A DNA stretch of 64,000 bases from Eledone cirrhosa (Eukaryota), in NCBI GenBank assembly GCA_964016885.1, contig OZ024746.1, positions 29,078,001 through 29,142,000 on the forward strand, written 5' to 3'. Both the position numbers and the translations under genes were made by a program. Every line of letters starts with the position of its first letter. Position 1 is the stretch's first letter. This document shows, in pieces, positions 44,293 through 58,878 of this stretch. Under the pieces are notes generated by a model. The model was given only the letters and a program-made list of their open reading frames with translations, made no database searches and was not told the origin of the DNA.

Positions 44293-44480
44293 ACTGTTTC
44301 TACTTTAGGCACAAGGCCAGCAATTACCCAGTGCATTACTGGTACTTTATTTTATCGACCCCGTAAGGATGAAAGGTAAAGTCAACCTCGGCGGGATTTG
44401 AACTCAGATCGTAAAGGGACGTAACTATGCTGGAAAGCATGGCGTCTGACCCTCTACCGATACTGCCAATCCACCGCCCT
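44293..44480 (-). mobile_element. tRNA-headed SINE, young copy
   Basis: Reverse complement of the 15588 copy with very few substitutions. Confidence 0.9.
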
Positions 44481-45416
44481 CACATATAAATAATGAAATA
44501 TATACGATTTCTAACTTTCAAATTCTGAAATCTCACACTAAGGAGAGTAAAAGAAAAAATGTTCCTTCAGTGCCTAACAGCTTTTAGCATGACTTCAACT
44601 GAAGCGATGCTTTTTCAAAATCTGACACCGGTCTATGCTTTCGTTAACCAACGTTAAAGATTTCTTGCGTGAAAAAATAAACATTCTTATAATACTTCAC
44701 TGATGAAAGTATTTTAAGACTGAAAATTTTGAATAAAACATTACATTTTAATTCTTTATACATTTAATTCTTTAATACTTATATAAACGACATAGGTGGT
44801 GGGGTGAATGGTGTGTCACACTAAGGATGGACACTAGGCTAGAACAATAAAATAGGTTGTGCTGACAGAATTCAAAAGAATTTAAAAGAAATTCAAAGGG
44901 GTTGGAGGATTTGTAGATCATTGTGAAGAAAGACATGTGTATGTGTGCGTATGTGTACATGTGCTTGTGTATATGTGTGTGCATGATTTGTTATTTTCTG
45001 AGTCAATGTGTGTCTGTGTGTGTCTGTGTGTATGTGGTATTGAGCCAAGGGACTTCTGATGACATCTTTCACTTTATCGTACATCTTTCACTTTATCGTA
45101 TTCTTTAAGCTGTTTTATAGCAAATGAATGTACTTACAATTATTTTCTGCACCTGAGCATATTACATTTTCTATAAACTTTATTCCATCAGCACTTCGAA
45201 AGTTCGGGCTTCACATAAGATGTTTGAATACATATATATATATATATGGGGGGGGGGGGGGGGGTTATATGTATATATGTATTTTGTATTCATGTATATA
45301 TACATAATGTATTATGTATATTGTGCATTATATATATAGAATATAACAATAACACAATTCCTTTTCTCAAACTAAGAGACACGGCATCATTTATATTTTC
45401 ACGGTAAATTCTATTC

Positions 45417-45460
<44 letters not shown>

Positions 45461-45785
45461 ACTGACATTATTTCAAACGACATGAATTGTTAAAAATCAA
45501 AATTGCTTACATACGCTTCTATCATTGAAAAAAGTTTCTTGCCTTTAAGTTGAAAAAAAAAAGTTTATTTAGTTTTCTGAACAACCATAGCCGCTGGCGA
45601 AACTGTTTCTATATATTTTTATATCTTCATTCACTCTACTCATTATATTATTAATTTCATTGAGTCACTTACATTTTACTTTATATATCTATGTATGTAA
45701 TCTATGTTTGTATGTATATATGTATGTATTATGTACGTGTATGTATTTATGCGTCTATGTATATATGAATGCGTATGTATTTATT

Positions 45786-45844
<59 letters not shown>

Positions 45845-45940
45845 TATATATATACATATGTGTGTGTGTATGTATACATATGTATATATATATATATATT
45901 ATACATATATATGTATATGCATGTATGTATATATATATAT

Positions 45941-45994
<54 letters not shown>

Positions 45995-46005
45995 TATATA
46001 TATAT

Positions 46006-46094
<89 letters not shown>

Positions 46095-46654
46095 ATGTAT
46101 CTGCATATATATGTATAATATATATATTTAGACACGTATATATGTGTGTCTATGTATATGAGTGTGTGTATTTGAGATTTTTCTTTTATCATTTGAGAGT
46201 GTGAGAGGTTATTCTTTATATTATTCCTCTCTCTCTTTCTTTCTCTCTTTCTATTCTTCTTTTTCTCCTTCGTTCTTTTTTTGTTTGATCATTAAAACTT
46301 TCTGTAAATGCATATTTTCTATGATATTTCATGTCAAACATGAATAACTACATTTCCCCTTCTTTTCAAACTCTCCATATTCACAGATTCAGTTCGCATT
46401 AGCTGTACACTAAGATTCTGCTCTATTCCGTCTTTTATTAACAATACTACCATATTAAATACCTATGTTATATTCTTTATTCCAACATTAGACTTGATTT
46501 TATTTCACTTTATTTCTAAAGTGTCCTCATATCGTGACTAATAAAAATAATAATAATAATAATAATGATTATTGGCGTCGTACAAAATGCTTTGCGGTGT
46601 TTAGTTACAACTTACTACTTTCTGACAGCATATATATATATATATATACTTTTT

Positions 46655-46690
<36 letters not shown>

Positions 46691-46692
<2 letters not shown>

Positions 46693-46880
46693 AACAAGTA
46701 TGACCCCGACGGCAGAGCTCAAGCCGTTTCGACGGCTATTCTAGTCCAGATATAGCCGTCGAAACGGCTTGAGCTCTGCCGTCGGGGTCATACTTTTCCC
46801 TATTTCCCACTCTACTACCCTAAGTATTGAGTACTCTGGTGCGTTATGGTCCACCTGGTTCCTTACCACAATTCCTTTGT

Positions 46881-46881
<1 letters not shown>
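46691..46881 (+). mobile_element. Small (TA)n-inserted element with 5' fold-back (44-bp perfect arms); copies at 50647-50840 and 53983-54130
   Basis: 46696-46739 is the reverse complement of 46752-46795; shared body CACTCTACTACCCTAAGTATTGAGTACT.TGGTGCGTTATGGTCCACCTGGTTCCTTACCACA. Confidence 0.85.
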
Positions 46882-46956
<75 letters not shown>

Positions 46957-46974
46957 CAGCATATATATATATAT

Positions 46975-47759
46975 ATATTAGTAAAAAGGAAAAGAAAATG
47001 CTGACAAATTTTTCCCAGTGAAAAATATAGTTTAATTAGGAATAAGTATAAATTAGTAATAAGTATTAGTTAGTATTCAGTTTTAGTTTTAAGTTTTTAC
47101 CGGTTGCGCATTGCTTATGCTTTTCAAAAATAATTTTGAGATAGAGTGCTCGTGATTTTGGCTCTAATCTGATCAGTTTGGGGAATTCTTCCTGTTTTAT
47201 GTGAAAAAAGTGGCTTGGGAGGTATTAACATTTGGTTGGTTGTTGAATGTCACATTATATATATTTCGCGCCTTTAAATGCTTATTCACGTGACATTCAA
47301 CAACCAACCAAATCTTAATACCTCCCAAGCCACTTTTTCACATAAAACAGGAAAAATTTCAAAAATTTCGCGCCTTTCAGTGCTTATTCACGTGACATTC
47401 AACAACCAACCAAATCTTAATACCTCCCAAGCCACTTTTTCACATAAAACAGGAAAAATTTCCAAAAATTTCGCGCCTTTCAGTGCTTATTCACGTGACA
47501 TTCAACAACCAACCAAATCTTAATACCTCCCAAGCCACTTTTTCACATAAAAAAGGAAAAATTTCCAAAACTGATCAGATTAGAGCCAAAATCACGAGCA
47601 CTCTATCTCAAAATTATTTTTGAAAAGCATAAGAAATGCGCAACTGGTAAAAACTGAATACTAACTAATACTTATTACTAATTTATACTTATTCCTAATT
47701 AAACTATTTTTCACTGGGAAAAATTTGTCAGCATTTTCTTTTCCTTTTTACTAATATAT
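46975..47759. repeat. Large fold-back (about 280-bp arms) with three internal 102-103-bp tandem units
   Basis: 46975-47253 is the near-perfect reverse complement of about 47495-47759; CACGTGACATTC recurs at 47287, 47389 and 47492. Confidence 0.92.
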
Positions 47760-47818
47760 CACAACTCGTGTGTCACACCTCTATTTTTTTTAAATATATA
47801 TATGTATATATGTGTGTG

Positions 47819-47954
<136 letters not shown>

Positions 47955-47959
47955 AAATA

Positions 47960-48413
47960 GAATCAGTAGAGCATCGAACAACATGCTTTGCGACATATAG
48001 TTACGTACTTTTACGTTCTGAGTTCGAATCCCACCGAGGTTAGCTCTGCCTTTCATCCTTAGTCGGTCGATATAATAAAGTACCAGTAACGCACTGGGCT
48101 TAATTTAATTGATCTGCCCCCCCCCCCCCACCACCACCACCAAATTGCGGGACTTATGCCTAAATCAGAAACCAATGTTAAGGGCAGTGGATAGGCAGTA
48201 TCGATAGAGCGTCGGACAACATGCTTAGGGGCATGTAATTACGGTCCTTTACGTTCGGAGTTCAAATCCCGATGGGGTTAGTTTTGCATTTCATCTTTAC
48301 GGAGTCAATAAAATAATATACCTGTAACCCACTGGGGTCAATTTAATCGATTTTCCCCTCTGCTTAAAATTATTGGTTTTGTGTCTAATTCAGAAATCAT
48401 TATTATTATTATT
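47960..48413 (+). mobile_element. Two older tandem SINE copies with terminal (ATT)n
   Basis: B-boxes GTTCGAATCC and GTTCAAATCC, central domain; ends CAGAAATCATTATTATT. Confidence 0.8.
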
Positions 48414-48920
48414 GGTCGTCTCCCTCACCCAGAAATTGGCTACGACATCTCCAACTTTTCCTTGATGGTGAACAGGTGTGGTCACCGTTCGCTAGACACG
48501 TTTTTCCTCCCCTCGTCTCCTTAACCGAGCTGCAGTCCTGGGTCAAGCGAAAACCGAGAGGGAGCGCTTGGAGACTGGAATGTCTTCAAACACTCATAGC
48601 GATCAGCCAATCGGGCAATACGATCGGTGGAAATTCCACTATGGTGTTCTATAGAAGGTTAGCGGCGGAAACAAACGACGATGTTCTTGGGGAGACTCTG
48701 GGCGTTGACAAAAATCAACAAGCCACTCTTTTCTAGAGGATTTTCAACCCAGGGCACATGGATAACTTCCAGAAATCCTTGGACTAACAATGCTACCAAG
48801 GAGCTTTGCAAGTTTGAGATAAACTCTACAGCATGGAAGTGCCTGTCCGAGATGCACGCAGAGCAACGAAACTGTCCTGCAAGCACTTATCGAGTATCCA
48901 AACATTGCTAACCTGTGCGT
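48414..48920 (+). mobile_element. Decayed, internally deleted Tx1 ORF2 fragment (copy D)
   Basis: Translates to WSPFARHVFPPLVSLTELQSWVKRKPRGSAWRLECLQ...DDVLGETLGVD, matching copies A and C. Begins immediately after the (ATT)n tail of a SINE. Confidence 0.9.
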
Positions 48921-49389
48921 TTATATTTATAGTGTCTGTTTGTCCGTGCTCGATTTACTTGGCTACTAAATCTGCTACCGCTTTCTATAGGTTATATACC
49001 TCCAGTAGCGTCATTGTTTCATCTGGTTAGTACCTTTTCTATGTAGAGGATATTTACCTGCATTAGCGAGTTTAGTGATATCATATAATATCGTCGAACT
49101 TGCGGAAAGAAGGGTTTTTAGGGGGATTTTTTGTCTCTGAAGACTGGAGAAAGGTAAATATAAATGAAGGTGGTGAAAATCAATAGTGATAGCAACGACA
49201 TTGAACCAATGGCACCGAAATATAACATGACACAATTTTGTAATGGGTGGAGGGGAGTTACCACTCACAATGTCAGGACAATAATGAAAAGACCGAAGAA
49301 TTCCTTCCTTCAGCCACAAATTGATAGATAGATAGGAAGATAAATAGGTAGGTAGATAGCGAGAGAGAGGGGGCGAGAGAAAGAGAGAG

Positions 49390-49494
<105 letters not shown>

Positions 49495-50444
49495 TAGGTA
49501 GTTTTTATTAGCTAGAAACATGTAGAACTAATTCAGGAACAATTAAGATAAATGTATAAAAAACATTTGTTTTGACCCATTAAGAGAAAAAATTGAGAAA
49601 TTCCATTTTTCTTCATTTGATTTCCTTTCAAGAATTTGAAACGTTTAAGGCGCCAAATATCTTAGTCGAAGAAATGGTTCCAATCGTAAATCAAGGAATA
49701 ATAAATCACTTGGGATATTTACACTTCATTTATATTCTTTCAATGTTTTTTGGCAACATCCAAAAACAGATATTAAATTAGCTTTCATTTCTATCCATAT
49801 ATCTTAAGTATTTTTCTATTTCTTTTTCATTTCTATTCTGTTTTATTTTTTATCTTATACACAGGAAATATTCTTAATTTAAGGAAATAGAACCAAATTT
49901 AGCAACTACTAATAGCAAGAATTTATCCAATTTTTTTAACGCCTTCATAGGTTTTTACAAGTTGCAAGATATACAATAAATGTAATAAATATTCTAGTCA
50001 AAATGGCTGACCTATTTTCAATCTATTTCGCTATTTTTGTTTATACATTCTCCATTTTCTTTATGTTTGTGTCCTTTTGTATTTGTCGTTTTTTCGTTGG
50101 TTTGTTTGTTGTTATTAATGCTTTGCCTTGAATCAGGTTAATTAACAGAAAATATTACTGCTGACTCAGTGCCGCACTTTACGAACTAATCACGCGAGCG
50201 AAGCAAAATAAATGCATTGAAATAAATGGTTAATTATAAAATCAAATTATTGCCTAAATTAATTTTTATTTTAATGAAATAAATTGTAAAAGTTGTTGAG
50301 ATATATAAAAACATGAACAGGAATGTTCGTGTTTGGCTATGTGTCGTTAATGTATATTTCTCTCTTTCTCTTTCACTTTCCCTTTACTTTCGCTTTCTAT
50401 ATCTCTCTCAGACCAACACTCTCTTTTATTTTAGCATTTTGTAT

Positions 50445-50530
<86 letters not shown>

Positions 50531-50613
50531 TATATGTATATATATATATATAAATGGAATAGAATGAAACGAAATTTCATTTCTCACTCTTAGTACGGCA
50601 CTTACATACTTAC

Positions 50614-50648
<35 letters not shown>

Positions 50649-50840
50649 AACGAGTAGAACCCCGACGGCTGAGCTCAAGCCGTTTCGACGGAATTAGCCG
50701 TTTCGACAGAAATAGCCGTCGAAACGGCTTGAGCTCAGCCGTCGGGGTCCTACTCGTTCCTATTACCAACTCTACTACCCTAAGTATTGAGTACTTTGGT
50801 GCGTTATGGTCCACCTGGTTCCTTACCACATTTCCTCCGT

Positions 50841-50919
<79 letters not shown>

Positions 50920-51380
50920 GTGTGTGTGTGTGCGTGTGTGTGTGTGTGTGTGTGTAAACAGAAGGAAGAAAAGTGCGAACTCAATAGTGAGAACTCAATA
51001 GTGCGAACTCAATAGTGCGAACTCAATAGTAAGAGTATTAGGAATATAAAATTTATTAGAAACTGAAAGTATTCCTTGCATGAGTTTGGCAAGGTTATTT
51101 CAGTAAATAACTACACATCATGCAAATTAAACCATTTTAAGTAGTTTCATTATTTTGTATGACAAATATACCGTTGCTATAGTAATATTCCTTCATACAC
51201 AGGTACATAGCGCTAGTTATCTATCTTCTGATGAGAACACAAAAATATCTGAAATGCATAACGATTATTTATTGCGTTATTCTGTGTACAGAAGAATACT
51301 TAAAAGTGTTTATACTTCACACTTCATTATTTTCACAGGAAGACTTCTAATTAAAACGGTATTTCTATCTACGTCAGTCA

Positions 51381-51587
51381 TTCGAGTGTCGGCTGAAAGG
51401 TTCATAGGTTAACTAATGAAGAGTTGATGCTAGAGCTGTGAAATCATGCATGCATTAACTTCAACTCTTATTATTATTAACTGCATTGTTTCTTTCCAGT
51501 GAGGGACTATGTTGAAAAATAAACCTCATTACGTCATTCCACAGGAGTATCTTGATCTGCCTATGAAATTTTCAGCCAACCCTCGCA
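51381..51587. mobile_element. Tc1/mariner-type MITE, second copy
   Basis: CGAGTGTCGGCTGAAAGGTTCATAGG ... CCTATGAAATTTTCAGCCAACCCTCG; the interior matches 9344-9545. Confidence 0.8.
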
Positions 51588-51618
51588 CATTAAAATCTCA
51601 AAATCTTCGATCTGTTTA

Positions 51619-51673
<55 letters not shown>

Positions 51674-51816
51674 ATATGTGCGTGTGTATGTTTGTGTACG
51701 TGTGTGTGTGAGTGTGTGTGATACTATTGAATACCTAATCATAGATGCAAACAAATTACCCACAAACCAACATCAACTACCCTCAATGCACCTATACACG
51801 ACTTAATTTACCCTAT

Positions 51817-51884
<68 letters not shown>

Positions 51885-52143
51885 TGTTATGCTTTAGGAG
51901 GGTCATGTTGCCAATAAGAAACACACGCACCAGTTGCTTTCACTCCAATTTATTATAAATTAAATATATAAATTTAAGAATTTATAAATTTCCGGTTGGT
52001 TGGTTGGTTTCATAACCGAACGGTTGTTCATATATTGTCAAAGTTCTTTCATCACACATTCTGTGACCTCTTCAGTGACTGGGGATTCTTTTCTTTGTTT
52101 TTGTGCCTCTCCTTTGTTCTGTCCTACGCCATCTTGTTTTTGT

Positions 52144-52188
<45 letters not shown>

Positions 52189-52225
52189 TATTTATATATA
52201 TATATATATATACATATATATTTAC

Positions 52226-52281
<56 letters not shown>

Positions 52282-52447
52282 TACAGAATGCTAAAATAAA
52301 AGAGAGTGTTGGTCTGAGAGAGATATAGAAAGCGAAAGTAAAGGGAAAATGAAAGATACAGAGACATTAACGACAACGCATAACAATATCGGTTTCAACA
52401 CACGTTTTCAGATAAAGAATCTTGCTCAGCAAATATTCAGAAACGAA

Positions 52448-52495
<48 letters not shown>

Positions 52496-53396
52496 CGATG
52501 CTAAACATAAATTAAATAACTAATCAGGTAACAGGTGTCATCAAGCACCAGTCATCATATTACGTGGTTTCTATATATCTGCAGAGTCCATTACTCCGTT
52601 ATACAATCAATAATGCACACCTTCACAAAATCAAATCAACTAACAATTCAAAAACTCCCATCATAAACCACCAACAAAACAAAACTAAAAACGGACATTT
52701 TATAATGATTACTTGTTGGTCAGTTCTAATTTATTTATTTCTTAGTTTCATATGATATTCAATAGGTTTCGTACCATTAGCGAAATGGCTGTTACAGCAT
52801 GTATCACTGACTTTATCGCGTGGCATCTTTTTCTCCATCTTTTTCGTGGCACGCAGTTGAGATATATAACAGAGGATTTGGAGTTTTACCTCCACTTCAA
52901 ATTTTTTTTTTTTTTTGTCATCTAATATTATATTAGTAACGTTGTACACGGAAACGTCGTATAGGAAGGAAAAATGAACAAAATTATCTATATTCCGCAT
53001 CAGCAAACAGCCCCCCCCCCCCTCCCCACACACACACGTAATATGCAATTGCATGCAAATGGTAACATTGCATTAATATTACAAAGACATACATATATCC
53101 ATTTAAACACTCAAACGCACACATTATATGTGTGTATGTATGTATATACATATATATATGTGCGTGTGCGTGTGTGTGTTTGTTTGTGTGAGTATGTGTG
53201 TTTGTCTGTGTGCGTACATGTACGTATAGATACATATAATGTATACATATGTAGATATATATATATATAAACATACACTACATGTTTATATATAATCACT
53301 CGTATATATATATACACACACCCATATCTACATCATGTATATATATAATATATATAATAATAAGGGCGCTGCGGAGTTGCAAATGGGTTACATATG

Positions 53397-53683
53397 AAAA
53401 AAGTTTGTCCTTCATCAGTGATCTTCCAACTATCATAGGCATTTCATCGCTTTAAAGACCATATACCTCCGGTTGGTGCGAGCAACGGCTAAAAAAAGTC
53501 GTTGGGACACGTAAATAAAGGGGACACGAGGGTAAACAAACAAAATGGTTGTTTGTGTCCCCTTTATTTACGTGTCCCAACGACTTTTTTTAGCCGTTGC
53601 TCGCACCAACCGGAGGTATATGGTCTTTAAAGCGATGAAATGCCTATGATAGTTGGAAGATCACTGATGAAGGACAAACTTTT

Positions 53684-53685
<2 letters not shown>
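53397..53685. repeat. Perfect palindrome, about 130-bp arms, formed by two divergent copies of the permuted-HHR element
   Basis: About 53397-53527 is the reverse complement of about 53555-53684; 27-nt spacer. Confidence 0.95.
53574..53675 (+). ncRNA. Candidate pseudoknotted hammerhead, variant 2 (identical inverted copy at 53407-53508, minus strand)
   Basis: GGUA-UA|UGGUCUU ... GCGAU-GAAA-UGCC ... AAGAUCA-CUGAUGA-AGGAC; predicted cut after 53620. Confidence 0.68.
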
Positions 53686-53771
<86 letters not shown>

Positions 53772-53813
53772 TATATATATCCTATATATATATATATAGG
53801 ATATATATATATA

Positions 53814-53972
53814 TAGAAGAGGAAGACCAAGGTTAACATATGTTGATGCCCTAAGGACAGACACTGGTCTGTTGGAGATGCAGGATATGGCAGCGATAAT
53901 GAGGGACAGAGACCGCTGGAGAGAACTCGTCCATGGATCTCGGGAATTTTACCCGCCTTAGATAGATAGATA
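53814..53972 (+). mobile_element. RTE-like LINE 3' fragment with (TAGA)n tail
   Basis: Translates RRGRPRLTYVDALRTDTGL..MRDRDRWRELV; embedded in (TA)n. Confidence 0.7.
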
Positions 53973-54129
53973 TATATATATATAACGAAGGAATTGTGGT
54001 AAGGAACCAGATGGACCATAACGCACCAGAGTACTCAATAGTTAGGGTAGTAGAGTGGGTAATAGGAAAAGGTAATAGAAATAGCCGTCGAAACGGCTTG
54101 AGCTCTGCCGTCGGGGTCATACCTTTTCC

Positions 54130-54160
<31 letters not shown>

Positions 54161-54442
54161 CCACATCATGTCTGTCTGTAGTTTACAGATACACAGATAC
54201 ATTTGCCCTAACATGTATATTTACGCACACTCTTTCACTCTACGTATACATTTGTACATACACATATGTGTACATATGTGAGCGTATATACATACATATA
54301 CACACACCTAACTATATTTCTTGAAAGATTTTTATATATTTCATATGGCTATTGTAATTCATTTGTCTATATTTATATAATTTTTTTGATTTTTTTTTTG
54401 CTTTTCTTGATGAGACTTTCCAAGTATTTAGCCATGTTTTAT

Positions 54443-54520
54443 ATTGCCTCGTCTGACGAACGAATGAAGACGTTTCTTTCGTATTCGCCTCATTCGGGAA
54501 ACCTCTGGTAATGAGGTAAT
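54443..54520 (+). ncRNA. Type I hammerhead ribozyme
   Basis: Stem I AUUGCCUCGU/AUGAGGUAAU (10 bp), CUGACGA 54453-54459, stem II CGAAUGA/UCAUUCG, GAAA 54498-54501, stem III CC-UCU-GG, GUA cleavage triplet (cut after 54510). Confidence 0.85.
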
Positions 54521-54865
54521 TATATTGTATTGATTTTTATACATTAAATTTTGCTCTGGTACTTACATAGAGCACTCTTCATTCCTATGACCTTTTCTGT
54601 TTTCAACGGAAATTTCAAGTGTGTATATAGGTATGTATATTGAGACGAGTAAGGGGTGTAAAGATGTAAAGTGACATCAAAAGAAGTGATAGGGTGTTGA
54701 TACGAGGTTGATATAGTGAGTTATATATATTTATATAATTAGCAACAAGCAGCCTTTTCTAACAAATCTCCCCTAACTTCAACATGTTACTACACACATC
54801 CCGTCTGGTTCTATCTCCATTTCTTCCCCTCTTCACACTTTTACTCTCTCTCTCTCTCTCCTCCG

Positions 54866-54938
<73 letters not shown>

Positions 54939-55248
54939 TGTGTGTGTGTGTATATATAAGATGAAGCACATAACACACATACACACACACATATATATAT
55001 ATATATATGTATTCAATGAGATATTTACCTTATTTTTATATATATGTATATATATATGTGTGTGTGTGTGCGCATATATATATATATGTGTGTATGTATG
55101 TGTGTTATGTGCTTCATCTTATATATACATACACACACAGAGTGAGAGAGAGAGAGTAAAAGTGTGAAGAAATGGAGATATATATATATATATGTATATA
55201 TATATATGTGTGTGTGTGCGTATATATATATATATGTGTATGTGTGTA

Positions 55249-55351
<103 letters not shown>

Positions 55352-55408
55352 TTTATGTACGTCATCTTATTGGCAATACTGGCAAAACGACCATCCCCAT
55401 ATATATAT

Positions 55409-55479
<71 letters not shown>

Positions 55480-55695
55480 AATATCTTTAAGTCGTTTGGA
55501 AGCCTCGAGAATGCAAATGGGTAAATCTCCGGGTAACAAGGTCCGGTGGTGGAGAGAGAGATGTAAGTGGGTGTACGTTGAGATGTGTGGTGTGTATAAG
55601 ATGTGTAAGATGTGTAGAATGAAGGGAAGAGTATAAAGGATAAAATTAAAATAACAACACAAGAGAGAGTTACCTTGGGAGAGATTTAATACTCT

Positions 55696-55731
<36 letters not shown>

Positions 55732-56328
55732 AAAGTTCTATTTAAATTGTTGCGACACAACAAGCAAATATTTTTATAACTGATATAAAGCACTCAACAA
55801 ATATTTGGAGTAAAAATACGATATATATATATATATATACGATATATATACATATATATACATATATACATATATGTGTGCATGTGTGTATGTATAGTGG
55901 GTTGTGTAGTGCTTTTGTTAGTTTGCTTTTTGTAGTATGTGCGGTTCAGGGTAAGAAGAGTTAGCTATAGAAAGCTCAAAGAGGGAAGCTAGAACATAAT
56001 AAAATACAATAAATGAGATAAAACTTGTTTAAAAATGGTATACGTTTTATGTTTTATTGTTTGTCTAGGTGAAGGTAGAGGTGTAGAAAGATGAGTTTGT
56101 GAGAGTTGAGGTTAGAATTAAAATTAGGGTTAGGCTCAGAGTTAGAATTTGGATAAGGATTAGTGCTAGTGTAAGTTACCGTGAACGAGGCTACAGTCGT
56201 TCAGCCTTATTGCTGGGTTAATATGGGTTACTTGATAATGGGCGGTTTCAGATAATAATCTTTCATCAGAATAGATAATTTCTGGCTTAGTAAATCTATT
56301 ACATGTCGGAGTATGGGTATAGGTGATT

Positions 56329-56530
56329 TCATGGGTCCCAGGTCATCCGACGGTTTAGGGTAGGCAGCCACTTCCTAATAAAATGTGCCTCTGTTATTCG
56401 TATGTCTACTGTATCTCTTGCACCCCAAATATTTTTATGGTTACGCTCTTTCCAGTGTTGAAACAGTGCGCTCAGGGGCGTCGCTTTATGGAAGTGAGTG
56501 AGGAAACAGCCCAGACTGTGCCGATTCTCT
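56329..56530 (-). pseudogene. Penelope-like element GIY-YIG endonuclease C-terminal relic
   Basis: Hand translation gives [66 protein letters not shown], fitting the PLE pattern SAL..H....H ... I.EA..I....P.LNR. A decayed HHR motif follows about 60 nt downstream. Confidence 0.75.
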
Positions 56531-56564
56531 TAGACTACTTCGTATACCTATATATAGATATACA

Positions 56565-57760
<1,196 letters not shown>

Positions 57761-57769
57761 ATCGCAAAC

Positions 57770-57850
<81 letters not shown>

Positions 57851-58104
57851 TATCTCTGTGTGTGTGAGAGAGTGCGTGCAAGTGATTATGTGCAGGTGTG
57901 TGAGTGCGTTTAAGTGTGTTTGTGTGTGAGTATTAATGTACTGAGAATATAGCAAAGTATAAAATAAAGATAAATTTCACGTTAAATAAACAAAAATAAT
58001 TTTTTTTAAATCGTGACTGGAAAATTTGAGACAAAACTTTTCTCCATTTTTTCCGCACTGTTTCATTTCTTGTTGGAAATTGATAACACTGATAATAATC
58101 TACC

Positions 58105-58187
<83 letters not shown>

Positions 58188-58878
58188 CTATATTCCTATA
58201 AATGTATCCACATATGTATGTGACTGAACACATTCTATGCATTATAAATATAAATGTTTACATATACAGTCTTACTCTCATATTACCGGAGATATTCACT
58301 CATACTTATAGAAACATTCACAATGACACATGTGTATATATATATATGTGTGTGTGTGTGCGTGTGCGCGTGTGTGTGTGTGCGCGCACGCGTTGGTGTG
58401 TGTGTGTGTGTATGTCTATTCTTACATTTCATGCGGAATGCTTTATACGCTATCTGGAGGGAAACAGACACTATGAGTAATCTACGGGAGATTCTTCTAC
58501 TGGAATATGAAATGAGCGATCCCTGATGAATCATTAATGAAAAGTGAAACTAGTCATGTCAAGGTGTCGAGAATGTTGTGGTTTCTCCATGTACACGAAT
58601 GTTTTCATAGCAGGACTAACTTTCTATATTTAATAATGTAAACATGTCACAAATCTCATCTGTTTTCAGAGCTATAGAATATATCTGGGGAAATCATTCA
58701 TAAATTTCTCGTGAGTTACGAATGTTTTTTGAAAATTACGTTAACTTAGAGATAACAGCTACAACGTGCGTTTTTGGTTACACGTTGGGCATATAAGTCA
58801 ACGTCACTGGAGAGGGGGAAAAGTGAACAGTGTCACTCGCGGGACTCGAACTCACACCTTCCATACGGATGATTAATA

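Noticed and set aside
50972-51030. Four copies of the 14-mer AATAGTGCGAACTC (also short periodicities at 6822-6880 and 44150-44290)
   Set aside because: Ordinary local slippage minisatellites with no further structure.
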